DNA of 64,000 bases from Candidatus Poribacteria bacterium (GCA_965215015.1 OZ244042.1:4640001-4704000), one strand, 5' to 3'; positions 30,268 through 41,444 are shown, counted from the first letter of the stretch. Program-made: numbers and translations. Notes: a model not told the origin generated them from the sequence alone.

Positions 30268-30334
30268 GTATAGGGAGTTTTCCAAAACTGACCAAGATGT
30301 TGATTGATAGTGCAAATTGTCAAAGGAGAGTTTA

Positions 30335-31240
30335 ATGGCCCCAAACAGTTATCGTGGTATATTCACCATCCCATCCACGCCCTTCCGAGAGAACGGAGAG
30401 GTTGATGTCCCCAGTTTCCAACGCATGATCGATTTTTGTATCGAGTGTCGGTCACACGGCTTGGTTTATCCTGTGAACGCTAGTGAGTTTACCGCCCTTA
30501 GCGATGCAGAGCGGTTTCAGTTGTCGGAGGTGCTCGTCAAGCAGAATGCCTGTCAATTGCCAGTGATTATTGGCGTCGCGGGAGTAGCGCAGGAGGTCGC
30601 GGGCCGGTTCGCCAAACACGCCCACGATATTGGTGCAGATGGTGTTATCGCTATGCCGCCGTACATCCATCATATTTCTGAGAGCCTCGTCTTTGAATAT
30701 TACCAAATAATCTCAGATGCAGCGCAAATGCCGGTTTTCATCCAGAACAATATGCCGCCTATCGGGTCAAATCTGTCGGCAGAGTGTTTGCTCAAACTCT
30801 GTAGGGAAATTGAGCATATCGAATATATCAAAGAGGAAACGCTACCTAGCACGACAAAACTGACCGCTGTGATGGAAGGAAACGATGGTTCATGCAAGGG
30901 CGTATTCGGTGGGGCAGGCGGACGCTATCTGATTGAGGAATATAGACGCGGGAGTGCAGGGCAGATGCCAGCCAGCCATGTCACTGATGTCGTGGTCGGA
31001 TTATGGGACGCCTTAGAGGCGGGCGATGAAGAACGGTCAACCCACATTTACAAAGAGTTGGCACCGCTGTTTTTCTTTGAACATCAACTCCCCGGCTGTT
31101 ACAAGGAGGTCCTATATCGGCGTGGGATTATCGATTGTCCGCTCAAGCGTAATGGAAAGATGCCGTTAGACGAGGTCGCCTCAAAATACTTGGATGAAAT
31201 TCTCGCAAGGCTTGAACCGCTGATGACTTGGAAGATATAG
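30335..31240 (+). CDS. Dihydrodipicolinate synthase-family lyase
   Basis: TPFRENGEVD, SEFTALS..ER, ADGVIAMPPY and YIKEE. Confidence 0.88.
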   Translation: MAPNSYRGIFTIPSTPFRENGEVDVPSFQRMIDFCIECRSHGLVYPVNASEFTALSDAERFQLSEVLVKQNACQLPVIIGVAGVAQEVAGRFAKHAHDIGADGVIAMPPYIHHISESLVFEYYQIISDAAQMPVFIQNNMPPIGSNLSAECLLKLCREIEHIEYIKEETLPSTTKLTAVMEGNDGSCKGVFGGAGGRYLIEEYRRGSAGQMPASHVTDVVVGLWDALEAGDEERSTHIYKELAPLFFFEHQLPGCYKEVLYRRGIIDCPLKRNGKMPLDEVASKYLDEILARLEPLMTWKI

Positions 31241-31269
31241 CCATAGCGCGTGATGCAGCAGAAAGCGAA

Positions 31270-31707
31270 AAGCGGCCAACCCCAAGGGTCGCCCCTACAG
31301 GAATTGAGCCAATGTAGGGGCAGGTCTTGTGCCTGCCCAAAATACTTGCTTTAAGGTAGTCCCCCCCGCTTGCGGGGGAGGAACGGGGGGGACAGCACGG
31401 CGGAGCACGCCTACTACCGTCGGATGAACTGTAGTCGCTCGATTCATCGGGCGTCGTGAGTCATATAGATACCAACACTGGCGTACAATCGTCGGCACTC
31501 GACACGGTTGCACAATGTTTCGGGTGGATTGAGCCAGAACTGTCGCGCAATATACTAGATATTTTCAATTCACCAAACACTGTCGAGTAACACACCCAGC
31601 ATTTGATGAATCACCGAACTACGAGGGTTTGAACGCTCAACTGTGTAAATCCTAAAGTGTAGGTATAGGAATAGAGAAACCGAGTTTTTGGCAAAAACTC
31701 GGTTTCT
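31270..31707. repeat. Composite intergenic repeat cluster
   Basis: GTAGGGGC REP-like pair (~31280-31340), CCCCGCTTGCGGGG (31360-31393), GTAGTCGCTCGATTCATCGGGCG, reverse MITE end (~31605-31654) and palindrome AGAAACCGAGTTTTTG/CAAAAACTCGGTTTCT (31675-31707). Confidence 0.75.
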
Positions 31708-31717
31708 GTTCTTCGGG

Positions 31718-32566
31718 TTAAGGTATAACCGCATCTTCTCCGAGGTGTTCCTGTATCCAGTCTCGGAGGGGGACATCCTCGTCTTTTGGGGAGGTGTATC
31801 CCAATCCCCCTGTGCTAGCACCCAACAACTGTCGCCGAATTGGGTCGCTACGCTCCATATAGTGGTCAACGGTCATATTATCCCTCGGTCGCAGCCACCG
31901 ATAGCTATAACCGTAGAAAAGCACCTTTCGGGTGATATTTGAATGGTTGGGGCTCGCGGCATGCCAGATTCGTCGATCGAAAAATACCGCGGTACCGGGT
32001 GGTACTTTCACCGCCGTCGTCCCTTCTGGATTTGAGCCCCCGTCTTCAGGCGGTTCTAACTTGTTCTGTAAGTGACTGCCGGGCAGAACATAGAAATTCC
32101 CACTACCTTCCACCGTCGTGTCGGTCAGAAAGTAGCCAATTTTGAGGGAAATTCGCGGCCGGGGGTTACTTTCCAAATCCATGTTCAAACGCCCACTGTC
32201 CTGGTGCCAACCCAAACGTGCCTCCTCCGATCTCTCGTCGGGCGGTAATGGCGGCGTAATCCCTAGGTGCGAGTGGTAAAGCTGGATGTGCCACCCCAAG
32301 ATACCCCACACCTTTGGGAATGTCTTATACCAATCCAGTAACTCTAGGAAGCTATCGTCCTTCCCAATGAAGTCGAAAATATTCAAGCGTTCATGGGGTG
32401 ACAAATCTTGCTCGGGCCGATATTTTGCCTCAAGACGGTTTAACACGGCGTTCAGGTCATCAACCATTTTCGGTGGCAGCGCGTCTTCAACAATGAAGAA
32501 ACCGTTTTTTTCAAATAAGAGCCGTTCCTCATGTGTCAGACAATAATCTAAACATGCAGTGTCCAT
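31718..32566 (-). CDS. Phytanoyl-CoA dioxygenase (PhyH) family
   Basis: FEKNGF, WHQD, VLPGSH and WHAASPN..R. Confidence 0.9.
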   Translation of the reverse strand: MDTACLDYCLTHEERLLFEKNGFFIVEDALPPKMVDDLNAVLNRLEAKYRPEQDLSPHERLNIFDFIGKDDSFLELLDWYKTFPKVWGILGWHIQLYHSHLGITPPLPPDERSEEARLGWHQDSGRLNMDLESNPRPRISLKIGYFLTDTTVEGSGNFYVLPGSHLQNKLEPPEDGGSNPEGTTAVKVPPGTAVFFDRRIWHAASPNHSNITRKVLFYGYSYRWLRPRDNMTVDHYMERSDPIRRQLLGASTGGLGYTSPKDEDVPLRDWIQEHLGEDAVIP

Positions 32567-32905
32567 ATATACCTCCTTTACTATGCACAGTAGTTATAGC
32601 AATCTTGACTATTTTATTGTAACATCCGCAACAACTATCCGCAACGGCGTGTTGAATGCGTTTTTTCACTTTATGTCATAATAATGAGTAAAATGAGAAC
32701 AACGATGCTTGCAACTATGGCCGCAAAGATTATGTCCGGTTCCTCATCGGAGATGTCAGACGAATCCTGTAATTGATTTCGCAATAAGTAGATAGGGACT
32801 TTTCTCTAAGCAAGACCAATGAAAGTGTAGAAGACGGAAAGATTGGGGGGGGTAACAACCTTCCGTCTTGCCTTTGCTTCCAAGCGTTTTATTAAAAGCC
32901 AGTAA

Positions 32906-33271
32906 CTACTGATTCCCTTGACTTTCTCCTTGTTCGCTCTGCCCTTGACTATCTGTTGCGCGGGTGTCCGGTGAATCCAGTGGTTGATTTTCTGGCAAAT
33001 CTTCGCCGCAGTAGCGGCATTTGACAGCTGCCGTTTTTATCAGTTCCGCACAGTACGGACACTGCCTCATCTCGCCGCTCTGAATACTTTCTTTTTCAAT
33101 CGCTTCCTGATTTTTGGAGATGACTAATACCAGAATAAGAGCAAATGGGCCAAGCAAGAACCCCAATATAAACCAGCCACAACCACTTCGTCCTTTATTT
33201 TTAGCAATCCCAGCACAAACAGCACCAAATAGAAGCCAAACAATAATTACTAATCCTACAATTACCTCCAT
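32906..33271 (-). CDS. Membrane protein with zinc ribbon
   Basis: IAKNKGRS..WF..G TM hairpin; CPYCAE..CRYCG. Confidence 0.8.
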   Translation of the reverse strand: MEVIVGLVIIVWLLFGAVCAGIAKNKGRSGCGWFILGFLLGPFALILVLVISKNQEAIEKESIQSGEMRQCPYCAELIKTAAVKCRYCGEDLPENQPLDSPDTRATDSQGQSEQGESQGNQ

Positions 33272-33655
33272 CCGTGCCTCCTTTCCCTCCTTAGTAGTTA
33301 CGTTCCCATGCCAACTTGAGGAGCCGCTCGATTTTGTCGGCCTCCGTAATGTTCTCTAGTGTTGATCTCCATGGACAACCGCGAGGTTTCCAGCTAAAAA
33401 TATGTTCTCAACTCCTCTATGCGAAGCGCCCGGATATGTCTTGAGGCGACTGTAGGCAATCGCCTCGGTCCTTGGCAGATTCCCGATGATTCTAGCGTCT
33501 ACCCAATTAACGACAACAAAATGTCAACACACCCTAGCAACTTGCATCATTATATCCGATGTTCAGTGGTTTGTAAACAAGAATAGCAAAGTCATAAGGC
33601 CCTAGAAATATGTAAATGAGCAGAAGTAACAATCCTTTCAAAAACATATTTTAGC

Positions 33656-34105
33656 CTACCAAAGGCTTTTGCGGAAAAACACCTCACCGATTCCGTCATT
33701 AATGCCACCAATGAACCCACATTCTACAAACCCCATATATCGATGCCACGCTTGAGGTTCAGGTTCATCAGCCTGCGATGAACTGTAGAGTGCTTCGTGC
33801 CCTGTGTCGCGGAGAAAAGTTTCGATGAACCGAAGTAAGGCTTTACCGCCCCCTTGCCGGCGATATTCAGGTAACACCCGGATCAGGGCGATATACGGTA
33901 CAATTGACCACAAATACTCAAGCCGCACATATCCCACCCGTTTCCCGTTCCATTCGGCAATCACAATCTCCTCAATACGATCAGGATTCAAAGCAGCTTG
34001 CGCCTCAATTTTTCGCTTCAACATTTCAGCGGGAATGTACCCATCCTGATGTGTAAAATCCAAGTCATTAAACCTGGCAAAGCGTATCACTATCTCGTCA
34101 GACAT
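33656..34105 (-). CDS. GNAT N-acetyltransferase
   Basis: VLPEYRRQGGGKAL motif A; WHRYMGF. Confidence 0.85.
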   Translation of the reverse strand: MSDEIVIRFARFNDLDFTHQDGYIPAEMLKRKIEAQAALNPDRIEEIVIAEWNGKRVGYVRLEYLWSIVPYIALIRVLPEYRRQGGGKALLRFIETFLRDTGHEALYSSSQADEPEPQAWHRYMGFVECGFIGGINDGIGEVFFRKSLW

Positions 34106-34476
34106 CCATATCCCCCCTCTGTTGATACTTGGAGTTTATACCATAGAGCGGGAGGCGTGTCAATCCCGTTCCCATGAAAATAGACGGCAATCGCATGTGA
34201 AAGATACTGAAACCAAATCCTATGAATCCTTTCAGCCAAACACCCGGACTATTGCACAACGTTCCGAGTGGATTGAGCCAAGACGATCGCGCGACGGTGC
34301 GGGTATCCTCCTGATTCAGACAAGAATCCGTGTAATCCACTCAATTGTCCGAATCCGCGCTTCAGGCAATATAGATGCAATTCCCCGAAAACGGAGGGAA
34401 AACTGGATTGACCGTAGAAGTGGTATCGTGTTAAAATGTTGGTGTATTGATAACCGATAGGATCGAGGCAGGTACT

Positions 34477-35556
34477 ATGACAGCAGAAACAGTGCGGTTA
34501 AGAACCGGCGAGCAACTTATCATTAAAACCCTACTTCCACCGCTCCATGACTACGCCAGTAAAGTCGGTTGTTGGGGTGATATACGCGACGACCTGCTCA
34601 ACGGAAAATTGACAGACTGGCTTTTCACACCTTACTTTGTTGGTGAAATTGATGACGAAGTTGTTGGCAGTATGAGCTATTATACACCGACGGACACGCG
34701 CGATGTTGGTGTCGTGGAGTTTGTACGCACAGAGGAGGAGTACAGGAGTAAAGGCATTGCCTCGGCACTCATGGAATGCCTGATTCGGAGGTTTCGCGCT
34801 GATGACGGGATAGCACTCTACCTTTGCACCACCAATCCCATCGCCGGCAGTCTGTACGAAAAACACGGGTTCTGGTATCATTTGGGGGATGGGATGCGCT
34901 ATCTCGGACCTGATGCCGGTGATTTTGACCAAACCTATCTAGCGTTCTGCGGCGCGGCGCGAATCCGAGAGGCCACGTGGGCGGATTTACCTCGTGCTTC
35001 CGTGCTCTACAATCACCGTGAGCCGCGCTGGCTCATCAAGGACTATTTCACCCAGACCTTTCGCGATACTCGCTTTGAGAGCCACTTTGTGAGACTCATG
35101 CGACAGATTGAAAATCAGAACGGCGCGTTTGTAGTATTAGAAAACCGCGAACAACGGATTGTTGGTACAGCGGTGTTGAAACAGTTTAACACCTTCCACG
35201 AGCAGCATATCGCTACCCTCAGTTTTCGTGTCTGTCCGAGCTATTTCGATCAGGGAGCTGAATTGTTAATCGCTGCCGCAGAAAAGGCGAAAGCTCTTTC
35301 TATTCAGGCACTACAGATTTACATCGCTGACTGTGACGACGACCAAAAAGAGATGGTGAAATCGGTAGGATTTGTCAAAGAAGCCCGTTTGCAAAATCGA
35401 CTGTACGACGGAGAAAACTTGATGGATATGCTTGTCTACACCTTGAGGCTGCCTGATGTTTCTCCATTGAGAAGCGAAGGAGATTATTATGGTAACAGAA
35501 AACCGTGGCAGATGGAACGGGTCACCGCTAATTATAACCGGCGGCCGAATACATAG
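34477..35556 (+). CDS. Tandem-domain GNAT acetyltransferase
   Basis: TEEEYRSKGIA and SLYEKHGF; second domain with CPSYFDQG and GFVKEARL. Confidence 0.8.
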   Translation: MTAETVRLRTGEQLIIKTLLPPLHDYASKVGCWGDIRDDLLNGKLTDWLFTPYFVGEIDDEVVGSMSYYTPTDTRDVGVVEFVRTEEEYRSKGIASALMECLIRRFRADDGIALYLCTTNPIAGSLYEKHGFWYHLGDGMRYLGPDAGDFDQTYLAFCGAARIREATWADLPRASVLYNHREPRWLIKDYFTQTFRDTRFESHFVRLMRQIENQNGAFVVLENREQRIVGTAVLKQFNTFHEQHIATLSFRVCPSYFDQGAELLIAAAEKAKALSIQALQIYIADCDDDQKEMVKSVGFVKEARLQNRLYDGENLMDMLVYTLRLPDVSPLRSEGDYYGNRKPWQMERVTANYNRRPNT

Positions 35557-35585
35557 GAGTATCCCAGCTAAGGAGGAACATCTCA

Positions 35586-36623
35586 ATGGCAAAATCGAAG
35601 ATTAGGGTTGGCATCGTTGGTGCAGGCGGCGTCGGAGGGCTTGGTGGTAGGGACAACTCCCATGCCGGCGGTTATCGGCGGTGTGAGGAGGTTGAACTGA
35701 GAGCTGTCGCCGATATTAACCGTGAACGTCTGCAACAGTTCAGCGATGAATGGGAAATCACATCGGAACATCGCTATAGCACCGCGCAGGAGATGTACGA
35801 AAAAGCGGATCTGGACATCGTGAGCGTGACCACCCATAACTTCCATCATCACGAACCGGTCATCGAAGCTGCAGAGGCGGGGATTAAAGTGATTATGGTG
35901 GAGAAGCCACTCGCTATTAGTGTCGAATGGGGGCGGAAGATGGTCGAAGCCTGCGAAGCAAACGGGTGTCGGTTGGCTGTGGATCACACACGTCGCTTCC
36001 TACCCCACTACCGGAGATTGAAAAAGATGGTTGATGATGGGGCAGTGGGAGATGTGCGAACCATTACTTACTCCGGTGCCCGCCCTTTACTGCACAACGG
36101 CACGCACACGGTGGACTACGCTTTCTACTTTACATCGGCGCAACCTAAGTTAGTATCAGGCTTTCTCAGCGATGAACCTGTCGCCGATCCGGGTGGTGGG
36201 GGGATAGTTGTCTGCGAGGGCGGCGTGGTCATCTTCATCAACTGTATCCCGACGCGCAAAGAATCTCTCAGCGATGTCATCATCGGGGGCACGGCGGGAC
36301 AGATCCATTTCTGTGAGCGGCGCGGCATCTGGGAATATGGTCCCCTTGTCGAGGCGAGTGAAGGCTATGGCGCCCGCTACGACTTTGAACCGCTTCCCGA
36401 CATGCCTGAAACCCTTATCCTCGACGACTATTTCTACAGCGCAGCGCGAGAAGCAGTTGACTGTCTGCTGGAAGATCGGGAGAGCGTTTCAACCGGACGG
36501 GACGGTCTGAAGGCACTAGAAGTTATCACCGCCATGCACATTTCGCACAAAACAGGAACACAGGTGCCTTTGCCGTTGGCGGAAGGGCTTGATAATGTTG
36601 AAATTAGATCGACAGGTCAGTAA
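35586..36623 (+). CDS. Gfo/Idh/MocA oxidoreductase
   Basis: VGIVGAG, VEKPLA, HTRRF and NGTHTVD. Confidence 0.9.
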   Translation: MAKSKIRVGIVGAGGVGGLGGRDNSHAGGYRRCEEVELRAVADINRERLQQFSDEWEITSEHRYSTAQEMYEKADLDIVSVTTHNFHHHEPVIEAAEAGIKVIMVEKPLAISVEWGRKMVEACEANGCRLAVDHTRRFLPHYRRLKKMVDDGAVGDVRTITYSGARPLLHNGTHTVDYAFYFTSAQPKLVSGFLSDEPVADPGGGGIVVCEGGVVIFINCIPTRKESLSDVIIGGTAGQIHFCERRGIWEYGPLVEASEGYGARYDFEPLPDMPETLILDDYFYSAAREAVDCLLEDRESVSTGRDGLKALEVITAMHISHKTGTQVPLPLAEGLDNVEIRSTGQ

Positions 36624-36634
36624 GGCATGGGTGG

Positions 36635-37402
36635 CTATTCATACCAATTGTGGGTGACATAGACCGGATCCGATCCTCCTGCAAGGTGAATAGTCGCCTG
36701 ATCCGCTCCAGCCATAAACTCGTTCCGTAGGGTATTTGTTCTAACCGGATCTACATGCAGTCCGTCCAAATTCCATCGAAGGTTTGTGCTGCTTTCGACA
36801 GTAACATTGGGGTCTTCGGAGATAAGCGAGACCCGTTGCACACTCTCGTTTTTTCGCTCTAAAACTACGTCCGAAACGACGAAGTGAATTGTTTGAAGTG
36901 GGTCCCGCATCTCCGCCTGCCAGTTACGCCCGTTCCCATATCTCCCGTGCGGACTTTCCTGAAACAGCTGGAGTCCTAAGCGCATTAACCGCAGATTGCC
37001 GAGAAAGTGATCTATTTCGTAGCCGTTGGGGCGAGGGAGTCCACCGTAGATTAGAATCCTCTGACAGCCGTACTTCGCGATTGTGTAAGCGACCGCCAAC
37101 TGTCCGTCCGTGTCATCCTTATCCACATGCCCAATCCACTCACGGACGATGTGCGTGCCAGAGTGCTCCAACTTTTCAACCGTATCCCTTGGTAGCTCCT
37201 CAAGGGAATCCAGATCGCCGATGAGAACATTAGGGAAAAATTGGGCTTCGTTAATCCGGTTGATTTCGGCGAATAAGCGGATGCCACCGTCAGCGCAGAT
37301 GAGTGGGTGACTGTTCTCCACCGCCCATGTCAGTGCCCCCTTGTAGAATTGAGGGTAGCGGAGGTCGTAATGCCCATTGAGAAAAATTAAAGCGGTTTTC
37401 AT
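36635..37402 (-). CDS. Thiamine diphosphokinase-like protein
   Basis: ICADGG, GDLDSL, DKDDTD and DHFLGN. Confidence 0.8.
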   Translation of the reverse strand: MKTALIFLNGHYDLRYPQFYKGALTWAVENSHPLICADGGIRLFAEINRINEAQFFPNVLIGDLDSLEELPRDTVEKLEHSGTHIVREWIGHVDKDDTDGQLAVAYTIAKYGCQRILIYGGLPRPNGYEIDHFLGNLRLMRLGLQLFQESPHGRYGNGRNWQAEMRDPLQTIHFVVSDVVLERKNESVQRVSLISEDPNVTVESSTNLRWNLDGLHVDPVRTNTLRNEFMAGADQATIHLAGGSDPVYVTHNWYE

Positions 37403-37424
37403 AACAGTGTAGCAAAACGTAAAG

Positions 37425-37483
37425 AGACCCCAAGTTTTTTCGGAAAAACTCGGGGTCTGTGGCACGATTTCTTAACATGAGCC
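37425..37483. repeat. AAAAACTCGG palindrome + TTAACATGA repeat family
   Basis: AGACCCCAAGTTTTTT/AAAAACTCGGGGTCT then GCACGATTTCTTAACATGAGCC; relatives at ~2378-2484, 31675-31707 and 57000-57043. Confidence 0.65.
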
Positions 37484-37571
37484 AAAAAGCAATCACGAAT
37501 TCAGCGACTGTAAACAAATGGGAGACGAAAAAAATTGTACAATCTACAAAATTCTCTGAGCCAACAATCGG

Positions 37572-38483
37572 TTATGGAAGAAATAGATTGTAGGATGGGA
37601 GCTGCTTGGCAGGACGATATGATAATTTCACACGCTTGAGGTTTTCTAAACCGGAGTCATCCATTGTGTTAATCCATCGATAGGCTGCCTGTTCTCGGCA
37701 AAATTCTCTAAAAAGAAATTGTGCTAACCCCTTTATTCCGAGATCTGTTATCTCAAAGAGGACACAGAAAATCTCGCTGTTGAGAGGGTATCCGAAGGTA
37801 TATCCTTTTAGGACGCCATCGATGAAAACAACCCTGCCGACTAAACCCAATTCCTTGTGGTTCATTAGTCCTGCGCGATGAGAACGCCCAGAATCCTCCA
37901 ACATCGCTCGATAAATATCATCATGGAATTGTCCCCATCGTTCCTGCTTCCATGATTCATAAAGTGCGATGCAACCCCCAAGATAGGTGGATTGGTACGA
38001 CTGTAACTGTGCGGCAGGCTGGTTGCGGATCAGAAGGTTATAAGCAGCCCGCTTACTCTTGTAACGATTCCCCTTGAGTTGGATAAGAGCGTCCGTTTCG
38101 TACAGATATTCCGTCTCTTTCTGAACGGCGTGGAAACCCATCTGCTGAAAAAAGAGAATTAGACTCGCTGGAACGTTTTCAATCCGTGCAATCTGTTTCG
38201 CACGGTTGGTTTCAAGGGTGAACGCATACGCTTGGCGGATAACTTTTTGACTCAGTGAGCCCCCCATCGGGGGGAGCGGCATGAAGTAATCACCGTCCTG
38301 ATTGGCAAAAAGACAGAATTGGTTATCAATTATTGTCCAGTAAAAATCGAAAAAATTTCGCCATACATAGTGTGGTGCAAAGGCATAACGCGATAGTTCC
38401 GCCGGCATTTGGCGGGCGTATCGATCAAAAAGGGGTTTATCCTTTAGTGTAAGCGGCTGTAGGTTCTTTGATAAATCAGGCAA
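37572..38483 (-). CDS. DUF2156 / aminoacyl-phosphatidylglycerol synthase C-terminal-like protein
   Basis: EYLY..LKGNRYKSKR and INTMDDSGLENLKRVKLSYRP. Confidence 0.85.
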   Translation of the reverse strand: MPDLSKNLQPLTLKDKPLFDRYARQMPAELSRYAFAPHYVWRNFFDFYWTIIDNQFCLFANQDGDYFMPLPPMGGSLSQKVIRQAYAFTLETNRAKQIARIENVPASLILFFQQMGFHAVQKETEYLYETDALIQLKGNRYKSKRAAYNLLIRNQPAAQLQSYQSTYLGGCIALYESWKQERWGQFHDDIYRAMLEDSGRSHRAGLMNHKELGLVGRVVFIDGVLKGYTFGYPLNSEIFCVLFEITDLGIKGLAQFLFREFCREQAAYRWINTMDDSGLENLKRVKLSYRPAKQLPSYNLFLP

Positions 38484-38486
38484 TCT

Positions 38487-39623
38487 TCAAGCAATCACTT
38501 GTTCAGTATGGCGGTCGAACAGATGAACCTGTTTGGCATTGAAATCAAACCAAACGGACTGTCCCACATCAGGCTTGAATGCCGGGTGTGTACGCGCTCT
38601 GAGGAGGACCAGATCTCCGGTCTCCGGATTTTCACCCAGAAATATGTCGATAATATTGACCGACCCCAACGCTTCTACAAGGTGCACGGTGGCTATGAAT
38701 CCTTTTTCAATCGGCTCTTTCGAGACGATAATATGCTCCGGTCTAACGCCAAAGATAATTTCGTCTGACGGATCGAGGCGCGAGATTTGTTCTGCGGATA
38801 ACTTGAGCCAGACATCTGTGTGGGTGAGATGCAAGGCAGGTTCTTCCCCTTCAATGGAACTAGGGCCCAAAGCGGTCCGGGACCGAACTGTGCCCCCTAT
38901 CAGGTTCATTGATGGACTGCCCATGAATTGAGCGACGAAAACGGTCCGCGGCTGGTTATACACCTCTTGAGGTGTTCCGATCTGCTGCAAACTCCCGCGG
39001 TGCATAATGACGATGCGATCCGCCATTGACATCGCTTCGACTTGGTCATGGGTGACAAAAACGGTCGTTGCGCCCAATCTGTGCTGCAGGCGTTTCAGTT
39101 CCGTCCGCATGTCTACCCTTAATTTCGCATCTAGGTTCGACATCGGTTCATCCATCAAGAACGCCTTGGGTTGACGGACCATTGCCCGTCCCAATGCGAC
39201 GCGCTGCATTTCACCACCGCTCAGATGACTCGGCCTCCGATCAAGCACTGCCTGAATTTGTAGGATGGCTGCAACCTCTTGGACCCGTTCCTGAATTTCG
39301 GATCTCGGTACTTTCACCGCTTTGAGCGGAAATGCAATGTTATCATAAACGGTCAGGTGGGGATAGAGCGCGTAAAATTGGAAGACAAACGCAATATCCC
39401 GATCGGCGGGCGATAGCGCGTTTACTCGCTTCCCATCGATAAAGATGTCTCCCTCGTCGGGATGTTCCAATCCGGCGATTGCTCGAAGCGTGGTTGTTTT
39501 TCCGCACCCTGAAGGCCCGAGGAAAACAACAAACTCTTGATCATGGATTTCAAGGTTCACGTCGTCCACGGCAACGACATCCCCAAAACGTTTTGTGATG
39601 TGTTCAAGTTTAATTTCTGCCAT
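38487..39623 (-). CDS. Sugar ABC transporter ATPase (MalK/MsmX type)
   Basis: GPSGCGKTT, FQFYALYPH, LSGGEMQR, DEPMSNLDA and TOBE tail. Confidence 0.95.
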   Translation of the reverse strand: MAEIKLEHITKRFGDVVAVDDVNLEIHDQEFVVFLGPSGCGKTTTLRAIAGLEHPDEGDIFIDGKRVNALSPADRDIAFVFQFYALYPHLTVYDNIAFPLKAVKVPRSEIQERVQEVAAILQIQAVLDRRPSHLSGGEMQRVALGRAMVRQPKAFLMDEPMSNLDAKLRVDMRTELKRLQHRLGATTVFVTHDQVEAMSMADRIVIMHRGSLQQIGTPQEVYNQPRTVFVAQFMGSPSMNLIGGTVRSRTALGPSSIEGEEPALHLTHTDVWLKLSAEQISRLDPSDEIIFGVRPEHIIVSKEPIEKGFIATVHLVEALGSVNIIDIFLGENPETGDLVLLRARTHPAFKPDVGQSVWFDFNAKQVHLFDRHTEQVIA

Positions 39624-39999
39624 TCCTGGTATTTTAATCTAAGTTGCAACCTGACAATTACAATTGAATCGTGGTGCAAGTTTCCTAACCTGCGAGGCAA
39701 TCACAAATTGGAAACCTGCGCCACTATCTATTGCGCTTCTCCCCAATAGGATCGGGATTCAATACTAGAGCGAATGATAGAGATAGAGCACTTGACGAGC
39801 AGGGAAACCCGTCCCTACATTGAGTTGATTCCTGTAGGAGCAACTCCTGATGTTGTTGGATTCTCTGAATCTTTACAACATCGTGGATTCATGGTTCTGT
39901 ATCCATGTTTTCTGTGCCCTCTGTTTCATCCGTGATTCAGACAATAACTCAATACCCTTCAATTATTTTAGCATACACAGGGGAAAATGAAAACCAAAA

Positions 40000-41142
40000 A
40001 TGAAAACGACAACATGGGTGGAAGTAGATCTCTCCGCAATTCAATCTAATGCACGGGCAATCAAAGCGTATACCCAAGGCAGATTGTTGATTGCCGTGAT
40101 CAAGGCAGATGCGTATGGACACGGTATTATTCCGGTCGCCCAAACATTGTGGGAGGAAGCGGCGATGTACGCTGTCGCTACGGTGGCGGAAGCTGCGGAG
40201 TTGCGTGCCGCTGGCATCAGGAAACCGGTGCTAGTACTGTTCAATACGCTGCCCGCTCAAGTAGAAACGATTATTGACTATCAACTGACGCCATCGGTGT
40301 ATGAACCGACGCTCTGCAACGCGCTGTCCCGTGCAGCGCAAGCGCAGGAAACATCGGTTAAAGTGCACCTTGATGTGGATACCGGCATGAATCGCGGCGG
40401 GATATGGTATACTGAGGCGGTAGATTTACTGAAATGGCTAATATCGCTGGAGGGGATAGAGATTGAAGGCATTTTCACCCACTTCGCCACTGCGGACGAA
40501 GCCGACAAAAGCCATGCGGACATTCAGTTAGAGCGGTTCAAGTCGGTACTTTCTGCCCTCTCCAAACTCAACTTTCGTCCCCCGATCGTCCATGCGGCCA
40601 ATACCGCAGCCGCATTAACATTTCCCGACTCCCATTTTGACGCAGTGCGTGTGGGCTTGGGTTTATACGGCGTCTATCCATCGCCTGAGGTCAGACGAAC
40701 AAGCCCTGTGTCCTTGCAGCCTGCCCTGAGTTGGAAGGCACGACCCATCTGTTTACGTCAAACGGTGCTAGGGGAAGGGATCAGCTATGGTCGTACCTAC
40801 ACAGTTGATGAGCCCGCATGGTTAGCAACGCTCCCTGTTGGTTATGCCGATGGCTATCCGCGCGCCTTATCAAATCGTGGTGAGGCGTTGATCAGCGGGG
40901 CAAGGTGCCAACAGGTTGGAGCGGTTTGTATGGATGGGACAGTCTTTCAAATCACACCGCTGAAAGGAGGACACGCAGATCTGCCCTTACGCATTGGCGA
41001 TGAAGCGGTACTGATTGGAAAGCAGGGAGACTTGGAGATTACCGTTGATCAAGTTGCGGAGGAGGCGGGAACCATCTCGTATGAGATTTTGACAGGGATC
41101 GGGAGACGGATCTCTCGGATTTACGTGAATCGGGAGGCATAA
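40000..41142 (+). CDS. alr: Alanine racemase
   Basis: VIKADAYGHG, DTGMNR, THFATAD, GYADG and CMD. Confidence 0.96.
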   Translation: MKTTTWVEVDLSAIQSNARAIKAYTQGRLLIAVIKADAYGHGIIPVAQTLWEEAAMYAVATVAEAAELRAAGIRKPVLVLFNTLPAQVETIIDYQLTPSVYEPTLCNALSRAAQAQETSVKVHLDVDTGMNRGGIWYTEAVDLLKWLISLEGIEIEGIFTHFATADEADKSHADIQLERFKSVLSALSKLNFRPPIVHAANTAAALTFPDSHFDAVRVGLGLYGVYPSPEVRRTSPVSLQPALSWKARPICLRQTVLGEGISYGRTYTVDEPAWLATLPVGYADGYPRALSNRGEALISGARCQQVGAVCMDGTVFQITPLKGGHADLPLRIGDEAVLIGKQGDLEITVDQVAEEAGTISYEILTGIGRRISRIYVNREA

Positions 41143-41222
41143 GGATTTGACATCAGGGCGGAGGGATGATAAACTGAAACACGGAATCGATCATCCACCA
41201 TATTATACAATAGGAGAGTCTC

Positions 41223-41444
41223 ATGACAACAGGACAAGCAACAAGCCTGAAAACAACTTTAGAGTCAATGTTCGAGCACATCGCCCAAAAACAGAGTATA
41301 GTGGAAGACCTTGAGCAGATTGAACGTCTGCATCAGGAGATTGGAGCAACTGCCCCTCCGACGCTACGCCACTACCTGCAACGCCGAAGTTATACCAAAG
41401 CACTCGATTTCCTGAAAGATGGTTTTGTTGCTGATTCGGATTGA
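41223..41444 (+). CDS. Small hypothetical protein
   Basis: 73 aa, AGGAG RBS, LRHYLQRRSYTKAL. Confidence 0.6.
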   Translation: MTTGQATSLKTTLESMFEHIAQKQSIVEDLEQIERLHQEIGATAPPTLRHYLQRRSYTKALDFLKDGFVADSD

